Origin: a virus
Lineage: Duplodnaviria > Caudoviricetes
Length of the DNA stretch: 62,546 bases
IMG/VR virus record: IMGVR_UViG_3300021962_000102
Location: 1 to 62,546 of that record
Direction: 5' to 3' (one strand)
Numbering within the stretch: the stretch's first letter is position 1; each line of letters begins with the position of its first letter. The notes under the pieces are model-generated. The model was given only the letters and a program-made list of their open reading frames with translations, had not been told where the DNA came from and did not search any database. Shown in pieces: positions 29,401-39,532 of this stretch. The translations under genes were made by a program, and so were the position numbers.

Positions 29401-29691
29401 ATGGCAGACAAAAGTAAAATGGCTTGTAATAAGCCAATGAAATCAGATAGAGCTGGTAAAAAGAAAATGGTTAAAGCTTGTTCTAATGGTCAAGAAAAGC
29501 TAATTCACTTTGGAGCATCTGGTTATGGACACAACTACAGTGATGCTGCTAGAAAATCTTTTAGAGCAAGGCACGGTTGTGAGTCAGCTGACAATAAATT
29601 AACAGCAAAGTATTGGGCTTGTAAGAATCTATGGGGAGGACCTGGTAAAGACACTAAGTCATCACCTAGAAACGTAAGGGGAAAATACTAA
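29401..29691 (+). CDS. small basic phage protein (FRARHxC motif)
   Basis: IHFG...RKSFRARHGC...TAKYWAC..LW. Confidence 0.7.
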   Translation: MADKSKMACNKPMKSDRAGKKKMVKACSNGQEKLIHFGASGYGHNYSDAARKSFRARHGCESADNKLTAKYWACKNLWGGPGKDTKSSPRNVRGKY

Positions 29692-29694
29692 ATT

Positions 29695-29728
29695 AAAAAA
29701 GGGGGACTTTCGTCCCCCTTCTTTTTTT
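29695..29728. terminator. bidirectional terminator where the two transcription arms converge
   Basis: AAAAAA-GGGGGAC-TTTC-GTCCCCC-TTCTTTTTTT. Confidence 0.85.
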
Positions 29729-29787
29729 ACAACAACCTATCGTAACAGCAAAACTGGTACACGTAAATATACTTAAAATATTTCAAT

Positions 29788-31563
29788 CTAACCATCACAA
29801 GATAAACAATCTGGATCCATAGCTGATGAAGCTATATCTCCACGAAGCACAGACTCTGTACGCATATAGTACAACGTCTTAACGCCCCTTTTCCAAGCTT
29901 CCATGTGAACTGTGTTTATCCACTTTGGTGTTGCTTCTTTTGGGAATGCCATATTCAAACTAACGCTTTGATCAACGTACTGTTGTCTTATGCCAGCTTG
30001 CTTAACTAGTTCTAATTGATTTATTTCTTTGAACGTTTTAAATACATCTTTTACTTTGTCAGATTCTGATAAAGCTAAAGCGTCTGATTCTATTTCAGAG
30101 TAATTAACCAATTTTCCTTTGTGGAAATACCAATTGTCAAGCTCTTCAATGCCTTGGACAGAACCCCCATCTTCTAAAATCTTATTCCAAGTTTCTGGTG
30201 TGTTAATACCAATGCGCTTGAAAATCTTTTCTAGCTCTGGATTCTTCCTAATAAAAGTACCTTTGGCAGATTGCTCTGTGAAAACATTAGCAGCCCAAGG
30301 TTCAATACCTGGTGAAACGTTTCCGCTTAACTTAGAGTTTGAAACAGTAGGAGCTATAGCACGTAAATGCGTGTTTCGCATACCAGTACCAGAACACCAT
30401 TGTGGTTCTCCGTATATGTCAGCTAGATCACGACTTGCTCTTTCGCTTTCTATTTTTATTTGCTGAAATATAGCTCTAGTTGCAAATTGGGCTTGCAAAC
30501 CCTCAAAAGGTATTCCACGCTGCTGTAGATATGTGTGCCATCCGAGTACACCCAGGCCAAGTGCCCGTCCCTTTTCAGCGGAGCGAACCGAATTTTCGAA
30601 GCCCTTCATATTCTTGGCTTTCTGGATGAACTCTTCTAGAATACCATCTAAGAAGAACGTGGAATAGTATATTAGATCTGTGTCTTTCCATTCGTCATAC
30701 TTAGCAAGATTAACACTTGATAAGCAGCATACAAAACTATGAATCTCATCAGTGTGCAATGCTATTTCAGAACAGATGTTTGTCATATGAACTTTTAGTC
30801 CATTGATTTTATAAGCTTCAGGATTCTGTTTATTCACATTACCCTTAAACATAATGTAAGGCTCACCAGTTGCTTTGCGTTTCTGCAGTAGCTTACTCCA
30901 TTTACGTCTAGCGTCTGGATCACCGTGTTCAAGCTTACGCATAAACTTATCACCAACAATTGCGCATTGATGAAGGTTTAGCGATTGTCTATTGACATCT
31001 CCTTTAGGTTCACGGATCTCAAGCCAGTCTTCAAAGTCTGCGTGGTCAATGTTTAGATTAACCGATGCAGCACCTCGTCTAACTGAACCTTGGCTGGTGG
31101 CGAGTATAGTTGAGTCAAATATTTTGCAGAAAGGAACAACGCCATCAGTAGTGCCGTTATCAGTAATTCTAGAACCAGCTGGTCTAATCATATTGATACC
31201 AATACCAACACCTCCACCGTGTTTTGCTAATAGCATCATTTCTAGGTTTTTAGAACCTATTTCGAAAACGCTATCACCAACGTCAATACCAAAGCAAGAT
31301 ATTGGCAAACCTCTATCAGTGCCAGTATTAGACAATACAGGAGAGGCAAGATTCAACCAGCCTTCCCAGATAAAGTTAAAGAACTTTTCTGCTAGCTCTG
31401 GCTTGTGTAATCTGCGAGCCGCTGTTTTAGCAACGCGATAGTAAGCCTCTCTAGGAGTTTCGTCTGGCAGTAAGTAACCACCAGTTATGGTCTTCTTATA
31501 GACCTCAGTGTCTCCCCACTTTGGATAGTCTTGACCTTTTACCCAATCGTTATTCCATTTCAT
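29788..31563 (-). CDS. nrdA: ribonucleotide reductase class I alpha subunit (no ATP cone)
   Basis: PISCF, TNICSE, VCCL, IAPT, KTLYY, C-terminal CLSC. Confidence 0.93.
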   Translation of the reverse strand: MKWNNDWVKGQDYPKWGDTEVYKKTITGGYLLPDETPREAYYRVAKTAARRLHKPELAEKFFNFIWEGWLNLASPVLSNTGTDRGLPISCFGIDVGDSVFEIGSKNLEMMLLAKHGGGVGIGINMIRPAGSRITDNGTTDGVVPFCKIFDSTILATSQGSVRRGAASVNLNIDHADFEDWLEIREPKGDVNRQSLNLHQCAIVGDKFMRKLEHGDPDARRKWSKLLQKRKATGEPYIMFKGNVNKQNPEAYKINGLKVHMTNICSEIALHTDEIHSFVCCLSSVNLAKYDEWKDTDLIYYSTFFLDGILEEFIQKAKNMKGFENSVRSAEKGRALGLGVLGWHTYLQQRGIPFEGLQAQFATRAIFQQIKIESERASRDLADIYGEPQWCSGTGMRNTHLRAIAPTVSNSKLSGNVSPGIEPWAANVFTEQSAKGTFIRKNPELEKIFKRIGINTPETWNKILEDGGSVQGIEELDNWYFHKGKLVNYSEIESDALALSESDKVKDVFKTFKEINQLELVKQAGIRQQYVDQSVSLNMAFPKEATPKWINTVHMEAWKRGVKTLYYMRTESVLRGDIASSAMDPDCLSCDG

Positions 31564-31756
31564 CTTCGCTTATTGCTTTTTTAGTTTTTTCAACAAGCGA
31601 ATCCATAGCCTTTTGATAGTCAGGCAACTGCTTAACTAATTCCATTGTGCCAACACTAAGGTTACGCATATATTCAATTTCGCGCAGCATGTTTTGCAGT
31701 ACAGAACCAAGTGTTTCTATTTGGTTCCGCATTTTAATAAGTTCTTGTTCTTTCAT
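31550..31756 (-). CDS. hypothetical protein
   Basis: 68-aa helical ORF between nrdB and nrdA. Confidence 0.6.
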   Translation of the reverse strand: MKEQELIKMRNQIETLGSVLQNMLREIEYMRNLSVGTMELVKQLPDYQKAMDSLVEKTKKAISEDEME

Positions 31757-31767
31757 TTTATTTAATT

Positions 31768-32760
31768 TTACCAGATGTCTTCGAAGTCTTCTGACTCTCC
31801 AGCTTTTGAATAATCAGTTGGTCTAATGGCAAAGAAGTCAGTATGTGTAACTCCTCCAGTTAAATGGTAGAACCAATCTAGTTCAGATGCCATTTGTTTA
31901 TCGTATTCGAAAATAGCTTCGTAACCTAACTCAATTAGTTTTTCGTTAGCGCGTTTTTTAATAAACTCTTTAAGATCAGATGCTTTAAGATTCTCAAGGT
32001 CTCCCATCTCAAACATCTTGTCAATAAAGTTGATTTCCATTTCAACAGCAATTCTAGCTGCGTCTTCAACTTTCTTTCTAACTTGAGTTCTAATCTCAGG
32101 ATGTTCTGAACATAGATGATTAAACAGCGTGCATCCCATCTTGCTGTGAAGACTCTCATCACGCACAGACCATTTCATTTGCTGTCCAATGCCTTTGAGC
32201 AGATTTCTCATCTGAAACGAATACAATACAGCAAAAGATGAATACAATGAAACTCCTTCAGCGAACGCGGAAAAAACTGCTATTGATCTAGCTACATCTT
32301 CGCGGCACTTAGGGCACTTTGAAAGCATGTTGTGATCATAACCTGCCTTTGTATTAACTAGGTTTTCAAATCTAGCAGCAGTAGCTGGCTCGTGCAAAAA
32401 AGCTTCGAAGTCCTCAAGACCAAGTGTTTCGTTAAGATAACTATATGCAGCCGCGTGGATTGTTTCTTGCGAACCAAACATCATTGCCATTTGCTTTATC
32501 TCATGCTTTGGAAACCACTTAGTTACCATAGTGGTCCAGTAATCGCCAACTGCAGTTTCAGTCTGCGCGAAACCCAATAGTATATTACCAACCAGATTAC
32601 GTTCAGCATCAGTTAGGTTCTCTTTGAAATCTTTGACATCGCCCTGCATTGATATTTCAGTGTGAAGCCAAAATGCTTGAGCTTGCTTAAGCCAACCCTC
32701 AGTGTAATACTCTGGGTACTCGAAAGGCTTATAAGCTATTCTTTCGGTAAAAATTCCCAT
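31768..32760 (-). CDS. nrdB: ribonucleotide reductase class I beta subunit
   Basis: KPFEYP, ETIH..AY, RDESLH, TDFF..RPTDYSK. Confidence 0.93.
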   Translation of the reverse strand: MGIFTERIAYKPFEYPEYYTEGWLKQAQAFWLHTEISMQGDVKDFKENLTDAERNLVGNILLGFAQTETAVGDYWTTMVTKWFPKHEIKQMAMMFGSQETIHAAAYSYLNETLGLEDFEAFLHEPATAARFENLVNTKAGYDHNMLSKCPKCREDVARSIAVFSAFAEGVSLYSSFAVLYSFQMRNLLKGIGQQMKWSVRDESLHSKMGCTLFNHLCSEHPEIRTQVRKKVEDAARIAVEMEINFIDKMFEMGDLENLKASDLKEFIKKRANEKLIELGYEAIFEYDKQMASELDWFYHLTGGVTHTDFFAIRPTDYSKAGESEDFEDIW

Positions 32761-32761
32761 T

Positions 32762-32905
32762 TTAATTACGAAGCTTTAAAGCAAAATCAATAAATGGTAT
32801 ATACAAAACGTGAGTGTTAAACTCTTCGTTCTCGTACGTTCTTATTCCTAACAAAATACCCTTGTAGAATCCAAAACTGAATTCCCAAATAACGTTATCT
32901 TCCAT
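32762..32905 (-). CDS. hypothetical protein
   Basis: 47-aa ORF packed against nrdB. Confidence 0.5.
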   Translation of the reverse strand: MEDNVIWEFSFGFYKGILLGIRTYENEEFNTHVLYIPFIDFALKLRN

Positions 32906-32906
32906 T

Positions 32907-33146
32907 TTACTTTTTACTTTTTTGGTTGTTGTTTTCGTAATAATCAATTAACTCCTCTAAATCTCTATATCGTACACATCCCTTGGTATTAATAGACCAT
33001 TTTACAAATGAATCTATTTTTCTTTCTTTGTATTTATTCCTTGCGATTTGCTTCTGCCTTCTAGTATCAAGGCTATCGTCATGTCGCAGTCTTTCTGATT
33101 CTGAGGCTTGTACAAAGCCACGTTGGGTCTTTTTATACTTATCCAT
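32907..33146 (-). CDS. hypothetical protein (start uncertain; overlaps the endonuclease)
   Basis: Fills the gap in the operon. Confidence 0.4.
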   Translation of the reverse strand: MDKYKKTQRGFVQASESERLRHDDSLDTRRQKQIARNKYKERKIDSFVKWSINTKGCVRYRDLEELIDYYENNNQKSKK

Positions 33147-33493
33147 TTTTTAAACATTTTCCATCTAATTGGGAATGATTCGTTAGCTCGACCCTTGCAT
33201 TCGATAATGAAATCTTCAGCAATAAAGTCTGGCGTATATGTGATAGGGAGAACTTTTTTAAAACCCCTTTGATCATATGATCCATTTCCATTAGATTGTC
33301 TTTCATGGCAACTAGTATTGAATACAAAGCCTTCAAATATAACAAACGTTTCACCTTCATACTTCGCTTGTATATTGTACTTCTTTAATTGAGAATACAT
33401 ATATTTCTCAAGTCCAGAAGCAAACGATATACCGTCATATGTTACTTTCTTAGCTAGTACAGGTCCGCGTTTTGTTTTTTTACTTTTTATCAT
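33014..33493 (-). CDS. T7 endonuclease I-like Holliday junction resolvase
   Basis: FASGLE, YTPDF, IIECKG PD-(D/E)xK motifs. Confidence 0.75.
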   Translation of the reverse strand: MIKSKKTKRGPVLAKKVTYDGISFASGLEKYMYSQLKKYNIQAKYEGETFVIFEGFVFNTSCHERQSNGNGSYDQRGFKKVLPITYTPDFIAEDFIIECKGRANESFPIRWKMFKKWISIKRPNVALYKPQNQKDCDMTIALILEGRSKSQGINTKKEK

Positions 33494-33716
33494 TTTGTTC
33501 TAGAAGCTCTTCTTTGACAGCTTGCAAATATAACACTGCATCCATCAACTCTTCTTGAACGTCATTAACATACTTTAAAAGACCTTTTACTTTTTCAGTG
33601 CGCTCTTGATGTAGTGTCATGCCATACTTAGCATATCCAACATCTGATCTTTGTACAAACTTGTCTACGACGCGTTCTACAATTGGGTCTCTAAATGATA
33701 TTGTTTTTTTACTCAT
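33480..33716 (-). CDS. small all-alpha NTP-pyrophosphatase-like protein
   Basis: RSDVGYAKYG..L and QEELMDAVLY motifs. Confidence 0.55.
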   Translation of the reverse strand: MSKKTISFRDPIVERVVDKFVQRSDVGYAKYGMTLHQERTEKVKGLLKYVNDVQEELMDAVLYLQAVKEELLEQNDKK

Positions 33717-34492
33717 CACAGTGTTGATTTTACAAATGTTCCATCTACCATTTTTCCGCTTCTAGACTTGATTTCATCATACGCTGAATCAATACAAAAC
33801 TCTATTGATGTTCCAGCAAGTTCCGCAAGGTTTGTTAAAACAACAACACAATCGCCAATAGCGTCGATCAATTCTTTTTCGTCTTTTTTGAGTATAGCTT
33901 TGCCTAGTTCGCCGAACTCTTCGCCAAGCTTTACATATTGTGTTTTAACATCTCCAGACGTGTATATACCTCGCTTTTCAGCCCAATCTCTAATGTTGTC
34001 AAACACTGTGTTAGGTATATCACCACTGGCTGGCTTTGGGTTAATGAATTTTTCTTTGTATGCCTTATTATATATGTAACTCTTGTCAGAATCAAATTGA
34101 GACTTAAAAGAGTTTTCATCAAGCCAGTCTATTGTATTGGCATCAATTGAAAAAGTACCGTGTGGCGTTTTCCAAATATGGCCAATGTTTTTTATGAGAT
34201 TTTTTCTCATATCGTTTTTTGACCAGGGGAATGTTGATGTTTGTTCGGTCGAGTTTATCATTTCGTTTGATGATTTAAAAATATTCAAGTACAACGTTTT
34301 ATCTACTGGATAACCGTATTGTTTCTGCAATTCTATTTCTCTATGCGAAACATAGAAAATATCATCGCTTTCTTCAAGAACTTCATATTCATGAGACAAA
34401 TAACCTTGTGACTTTGTAACTCTGTTGTGTAAATTACGAGCTACCCCTATTTTTTTACCGGGGATATGATAAATGTAATACATTTTTTTCAT
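33716..34492 (-). CDS. GIY-YIG-like N-terminus fused to a MazG-like nucleotide pyrophosphohydrolase
   Basis: YYIYHIPGKKIG; C-terminal KLGEEFGEL...DAIGD...AYDEIKSR. Confidence 0.75.
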   Translation of the reverse strand: MKKMYYIYHIPGKKIGVARNLHNRVTKSQGYLSHEYEVLEESDDIFYVSHREIELQKQYGYPVDKTLYLNIFKSSNEMINSTEQTSTFPWSKNDMRKNLIKNIGHIWKTPHGTFSIDANTIDWLDENSFKSQFDSDKSYIYNKAYKEKFINPKPASGDIPNTVFDNIRDWAEKRGIYTSGDVKTQYVKLGEEFGELGKAILKKDEKELIDAIGDCVVVLTNLAELAGTSIEFCIDSAYDEIKSRSGKMVDGTFVKSTL

Positions 34493-35139
34493 AGTTTATC
34501 ACTGTATAGATGTAAATTATGCGCGTAGTGGTAGTAATGACCAACCTCAAGTCCAACCTGACGTGCTACCATTTTTTGCAGTTCTGAAAAACAATATTGA
34601 TCGTTGCAGAAGCCGTACCAGAGATCATTAGATCGCATTAGAACAGACATATTCAACAAACCATCGCGTACTGTGAATTGCACAGCGTACGTGCACGGGG
34701 TGTCAGTTTTGTAACTGTCAAATTCTTTTGCATCGTAAATAGTAATCGCGGCTTTCCTTGTTTTAGGATTCGTTCTAAGCAAAGATATAACCTTATGCAA
34801 TTGTCCATTCCTTATCCATTGCCAACCGTAATTTGAGTTAACACGACCGTTTTCGTCAGCCATCTTTTTCCAAATCTGAGGTATTCTACCGTATAAAAGC
34901 CCAAGTGTTTTTATAGAGTTATCACCAGTCAGATACCATTGCCATTCGGCCTCGGCATATGACAAACTCCAATTACGCTCTTTGTCGTGTATAGCATTGT
35001 TTTTTGGCTTTTCAATATAGAAACCAACATTGAATAATGCCTTTGTACCGTCAAAGTCTTCACCGTGTTTGCGGATCTTCTTTTTAAAATACTTAAACGC
35101 TGAGTCTGCGTCTTTAAACTTTGTCTTTATACTTTTCAT
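34489..35139 (-). CDS. thymidylate-synthase-family enzyme with a dCMP (hydroxy)methylase signature
   Basis: TPCT catalytic Cys, MRSNDLWYGFCND, NLHLY. Confidence 0.8.
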   Translation of the reverse strand: MKSIKTKFKDADSAFKYFKKKIRKHGEDFDGTKALFNVGFYIEKPKNNAIHDKERNWSLSYAEAEWQWYLTGDNSIKTLGLLYGRIPQIWKKMADENGRVNSNYGWQWIRNGQLHKVISLLRTNPKTRKAAITIYDAKEFDSYKTDTPCTYAVQFTVRDGLLNMSVLMRSNDLWYGFCNDQYCFSELQKMVARQVGLEVGHYYHYAHNLHLYSDKL

Positions 35140-35356
35140 AATAATACCTACAATAAGAGTAAAATTTTTCCCAAGATTCGTTTTGATTGTAATCAACAGG
35201 ATCTCTAACTTCCTTGCCCTTGGATATAAGGCCAACGTAGTAAGTTCCATTTTTATTCGGTCCTCGAAATATCTTAATACCGTTTTTTATACAAAACTCA
35301 ACACATATAATATCTTGCTCGGTAGCTATGTATACGTCTTGTTTTTTCTTTTTCAT
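35114..35356 (-). CDS. hypothetical protein
   Basis: ATGA-coupled to the primase stop. Confidence 0.55.
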   Translation of the reverse strand: MKKKKQDVYIATEQDIICVEFCIKNGIKIFRGPNKNGTYYVGLISKGKEVRDPVDYNQNESWEKFYSYCRYYYEKYKDKV

Positions 35357-37071
35357 TCCCAAGGCATTTTATCTTCCGACGTGTCAATCATCACATAAGG
35401 GATAAAGCTACCAGATCTTGGTTCCCATTTAAAATGAGCTTCAGCGCCATTCTCTCCTAGGTTTTGAAACTTAACCTTAAGCACTTTTGCTTTTACTGTT
35501 TTTGTTTCGTAATCCCTATGCACCAGCAGACCGTGGTAAGACGCATCGTACCATTCACCGCCGCCTTTGATGTTGTACATAGTTGGTTCTTCAATATTGC
35601 CATCTTTGTCTTTATACATCTTAGTAGGGTGAGCTACGATAATAACAAGTACATCGTACTTTTTAGCAAAAGATTCAATCTTAGTCAAATATTCAAGAGT
35701 GTAAACATTCACATCACCAGAAGAACCTTTATCGTCTCTAACTTTATTAAATGGATCTATGACTAAACATTTAATTCCCTTGCGTTTCACAAGCTCAGCA
35801 CCCTTGCGAAGAACAGCGTCAAGAGTATATCTATCCATATCAATGAAGAAAAAACTATCATTGACGTGTTCAGTTACCTTCTGCCATTGATCTCCTCCAA
35901 TATCAGCAGCCGTTGGCATATCTTGCCATATCTTACGCATTAGCTTATGAGCGTGAAGATACGTTGGAGCATTTTCTGGAGAAGCGTACGCTGTCTTCCA
36001 ACCGTATAGATTGTTATAGCCAACACACATCTGATCTACAAAGTCTGACTTACCACTTGATGGTATTCCAGTTACAGTTATAAATTGACCAGTGTATGTA
36101 CTGAATATCTTGTCAAAGTTTGGTAAACCAATCTGAAAGCCTGGCTTAAAACCATTGCGAACAAAATCAGTGATATCACCTTCTATATCTTTTAACGTTG
36201 TTACGTTTTCTAGAGGTACTGGCTTTGCTTTACTTATAGCTTCTTTAAGAGCTTTTTGTCCGTACTTTATTAAGTATTCATTAGCATCTTTACAGTCTTC
36301 GAAGTTTACCATGTAGCAAACCTCAGCGCCTAGACGTCGTATTAGCTCTTGCTGCAGCGCTTGACCAGGTTCGTCTGAGTCTACTGCTATGATAATTTTC
36401 TCTTTATCTAAGAAATAATCAATACAGTTGTCTAAGTAATCTAAGTTATTATGGTTGAGCGTAGCGCCGTTTGGCACGGATATGGCATTATTAACTCCAG
36501 CTTCGTGCAAAGCTAAAACATCCATTTCACCCTCAACTATAACACAGCTATTTCTACCAACAGTGTTATCTATGTTGTAAAATACTTTCTCAGCTCCTTT
36601 ATATAGTTTAAAGTTTTTTCTGCCGTCTCTGTATTTTATGTTTACAAGTTCACCACCAATAAAATAGTTGAACTGTATTGTGTTTTCTTCTTTGCCAGTT
36701 TGTGGCATGAACTCAACACCTTCTGTAACTTTTAGATCAACAAGTGTTTTAACAGATATACCTCTATCAGAAAACCACTTTGCTATTTTATCGCCTACTG
36801 GAGCGAAATATTCTACTTGAAATGGCTTGACATATTCTTTTTGTCTTTCGCCCTTTCTTTTAAATGTATGAAGTTGAAATACCTCGCTACAGTTGTGGCA
36901 AGTGCCAAGTCCTGTTTCCCAATCATATGAGGCGCACTTTTTGTCTTTATTACCATCCTTTCGGTCAGCGGAGCACAGGGGACAAATCCCCTGCGTCGCG
37001 CCGGCCTCAAGTTCGTATTGATTAAACTTATCAATAGCGAAACCATTAATTTCAGTGTCCTGGATCTGCAT
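35353..37071 (-). CDS. primase-helicase (T7 gp4/Twinkle-like)
   Basis: CPLC..CHNC Zn finger, TOPRIM EGEMD/DSDEPG/KDANE, GIPSSGKS Walker A, IDP, VAHP. Confidence 0.92.
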   Translation of the reverse strand: MQIQDTEINGFAIDKFNQYELEAGATQGICPLCSADRKDGNKDKKCASYDWETGLGTCHNCSEVFQLHTFKRKGERQKEYVKPFQVEYFAPVGDKIAKWFSDRGISVKTLVDLKVTEGVEFMPQTGKEENTIQFNYFIGGELVNIKYRDGRKNFKLYKGAEKVFYNIDNTVGRNSCVIVEGEMDVLALHEAGVNNAISVPNGATLNHNNLDYLDNCIDYFLDKEKIIIAVDSDEPGQALQQELIRRLGAEVCYMVNFEDCKDANEYLIKYGQKALKEAISKAKPVPLENVTTLKDIEGDITDFVRNGFKPGFQIGLPNFDKIFSTYTGQFITVTGIPSSGKSDFVDQMCVGYNNLYGWKTAYASPENAPTYLHAHKLMRKIWQDMPTAADIGGDQWQKVTEHVNDSFFFIDMDRYTLDAVLRKGAELVKRKGIKCLVIDPFNKVRDDKGSSGDVNVYTLEYLTKIESFAKKYDVLVIIVAHPTKMYKDKDGNIEEPTMYNIKGGGEWYDASYHGLLVHRDYETKTVKAKVLKVKFQNLGENGAEAHFKWEPRSGSFIPYVMIDTSEDKMPWE

Positions 37072-37098
37072 TTTTAAATGCGAAATGTCATTTGTTAA

Positions 37099-37413
37099 TT
37101 AGAAGGGCAAATCGTCGTCAGCAACCTCTACTTTTTTCGGCTTTGGCTGAGGTCTCTGTCCTCCGCCTTGAGAAGGCTGCGGTACATCACCATTTGTCCA
37201 AACGATTTTCGCATTTCCAAGATAAACCTTTTGTTCTTTAGCTTCGCGCTCTTCTTTAGATTGCTCAACTGTAATAGAACCGTGATTTCCGAATTTGTCT
37301 TCGGCATCGTTAATTGTGATCGTCAAAGGCAAGTATTTACCCTTCTTACCATCAATTATTTTATCCTTAGGGATACTGTTTAAGTTAATACTAGCTTTTA
37401 GAATAACGGCCAT
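37099..37413 (-). CDS. ssb: single-stranded DNA-binding protein
   Basis: YLGN motif, acidic DDDLPF tail. Confidence 0.75.
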   Translation of the reverse strand: MAVILKASINLNSIPKDKIIDGKKGKYLPLTITINDAEDKFGNHGSITVEQSKEEREAKEQKVYLGNAKIVWTNGDVPQPSQGGGQRPQPKPKKVEVADDDLPF

Positions 37414-37424
37414 TTTGTTTTTGT

Positions 37425-38174
37425 TTACAAGGTTTCATTTATCAGATATTGCTTTTTGTCGAATGAGTCATCCATAACAAAAAGTTTGTAGTTAGCTATT
37501 GCAGCTTCTACTTTTTGCCTTCCACTTTCTAAGAAAGCATCAGAACAGTCAAACACGCCCAGGACGTTCGTGCTCTTGTCAATGGCGATGAATATCATAT
37601 CATAGCCAAAGATTTTTTTATATATATAAGCTTGTGAGTCGTAGTTATATTTCTTAGCAGAACGTCTAAACTCTTTGATATCAGACGTCGTTTTAAGATC
37701 TACAATAGCTTGCTGATCGTGGTTTAATATATCAGCTTTACCCTTAAACATTACACCATCTATCTCTGTAATTCCGGGCACTTCGTAATCAATATTCGAA
37801 AACCCTTCGCCTCTAATTAAGAACCTACAGATGTCGTTTTCTAATATGGTGTCACGCATTAAATGAACCATATCAGCCTCGTGTTCTAACAGACATATCT
37901 CACCATCGCTGATGTCTTTGTATATCTTCGTGTTTCTATTAGAAGCTTCTACAATTTTGAATTTATCTACCTTGTCCGGTTCTAATATAAGAGTGTGGAA
38001 ATATCCACCTACAACCATTGGTACAGTTTTCTCCTTTGGAGTACCGTAACTAATTGGATCGTTAATTAGTGTATCAATGTCAGAATTACTGACAAATTTT
38101 CTACCAAACTCTCCGTAGTAGTTTTCATCGTCTCTAAGCAGTTCAATAATCTGCTCGTTAGTGTACTCTGCCAT
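37425..38174 (-). CDS. PD-(D/E)xK exonuclease (RecE/DUF3799-like)
   Basis: KGKAD...DLKTT...YDSQAYIY. Confidence 0.8.
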   Translation of the reverse strand: MAEYTNEQIIELLRDDENYYGEFGRKFVSNSDIDTLINDPISYGTPKEKTVPMVVGGYFHTLILEPDKVDKFKIVEASNRNTKIYKDISDGEICLLEHEADMVHLMRDTILENDICRFLIRGEGFSNIDYEVPGITEIDGVMFKGKADILNHDQQAIVDLKTTSDIKEFRRSAKKYNYDSQAYIYKKIFGYDMIFIAIDKSTNVLGVFDCSDAFLESGRQKVEAAIANYKLFVMDDSFDKKQYLINETL

Positions 38175-38175
38175 T

Positions 38176-38730
38176 TTACTTAGCTATTTTAAGCAATTCT
38201 GCTTCAACTTCAGGAGTAAGCTCATATTTAGCTTTGATAGCTTCAATAGAACCACCGTCACTCAAATACTTAACTGCTTTTTCATATTGCTTATCTGTGG
38301 TTGATAATATTGCAAACTTAGTTGGTGCCACTGATGTTTTACCGTGTGAATTAGTTGCATCGGCATCGGCAGTGTCATCAATGAGCAACAAATTACCAAG
38401 CGCATACTTTTTACCATATGATGATGCTGAACCAAACGCTTGTGGTACTTGCATACCTTTCTGTGCTAGATCTACACCAACAACGGCTGTTGCTTTAATA
38501 GTTTGTTCTCCGTCGCTTATCGATGCAGTTGAGACCAAGATTGGTACAGCGGATTCAGTAATAATAGTTTCGTTCACTACGAAATAAACGCCATACTTAG
38601 CATTAATTGGTTTTAGTGCTTCAAGGATGTCTTCAGCGCTTCTGTAGTTGTATTTACCGAAGCTATTGTATCTACTTTTCTGAGCTTTGAACTCCTCTTG
38701 AATAGCAGATAACTTTGATGATAAAGTCAT
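38176..38730 (-). CDS. ERF-family ssDNA annealing protein
   Basis: YNYRSAEDI, GSASSYGKKYAL..DD..DAD. Confidence 0.85.
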   Translation of the reverse strand: MTLSSKLSAIQEEFKAQKSRYNSFGKYNYRSAEDILEALKPINAKYGVYFVVNETIITESAVPILVSTASISDGEQTIKATAVVGVDLAQKGMQVPQAFGSASSYGKKYALGNLLLIDDTADADATNSHGKTSVAPTKFAILSTTDKQYEKAVKYLSDGGSIEAIKAKYELTPEVEAELLKIAK

Positions 38731-38756
38731 AGGTTGTTGTTTTTTAGTTATTTAAA

Positions 38757-38764
38757 CAAATATA
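38757..38764 (-). promoter_or_regulatory. -7 box TATATTTG upstream of the ERF gene
   Basis: Exact TAnnTTTG in intergenic DNA. Confidence 0.55.
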
Positions 38765-38782
38765 CAAACAAATTTTGAAGTA

Positions 38783-39532
38783 TTATAAATGGTCTAATAT
38801 TTGGGAATGATCTGTGTTTGCAATTAGTTTATCTATGGCGTCTTTTTTTATTTGGGACACCCTAACGTGAGCTGTTTCTACAAATATTCCTATTTTTTCA
38901 GCTATCTGTTTGGCATTGTGTTTTTCACAATCAAGACCATAGCTTAATCTAAGGACTTCATATTCTCTATCGTTAAGGTTCTTTTTCAAAAGACCCATTA
39001 GATAAGTATTAAGTATGTCTATATTATATGGCTCTGATGAGTCTGGTATGTCGTAGATATAGTTGTCGTCCACATTTGGTTGTTCATCAACAGATAAGAA
39101 TATGCTATTGAAGAACATTGCAACCATTTCTTTGTCTTTTCCACTGTCTTTTCTGATTTGGTTGATTTTGTGTTCGGGTATGCGTATATCACCTCTGTTT
39201 TTGTCGATGGCTCTACGTATTGCACCTTTGATTCTCTTTGATAAGAACGATATGATTGTTTTTTCTTTGTCATCGCTTCTTTCTACTTTTTCCCAATCTA
39301 TTTTATCAACAGCAGTAACCAAACCAATGTTGCCTTCCTGTATTAGGTCTTCTATGTTGAGAACGCCTATTGCTTGCTGTGTAGTAGTAAACTTTCTAGC
39401 AATGCCTTCTACAAGAGGTAAGAACATTGTTATAATGTCATCTCTATGTCTAGAATCTCTATCAACTCTAGATAAAAAGAATTCTACATCTTTTTTGTAT
39501 TTAACGTAATTCGTTATGTTGTACTTTTTCAT
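38783..39532 (-). CDS. phage sigma70-family factor (probably late)
   Basis: LVEGIARKF, DLIQEGNIGL, IRIP, region 4 LNDREYEVLRLSYGL..RVSQIKK. Confidence 0.88.
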   Translation of the reverse strand: MKKYNITNYVKYKKDVEFFLSRVDRDSRHRDDIITMFLPLVEGIARKFTTTQQAIGVLNIEDLIQEGNIGLVTAVDKIDWEKVERSDDKEKTIISFLSKRIKGAIRRAIDKNRGDIRIPEHKINQIRKDSGKDKEMVAMFFNSIFLSVDEQPNVDDNYIYDIPDSSEPYNIDILNTYLMGLLKKNLNDREYEVLRLSYGLDCEKHNAKQIAEKIGIFVETAHVRVSQIKKDAIDKLIANTDHSQILDHL

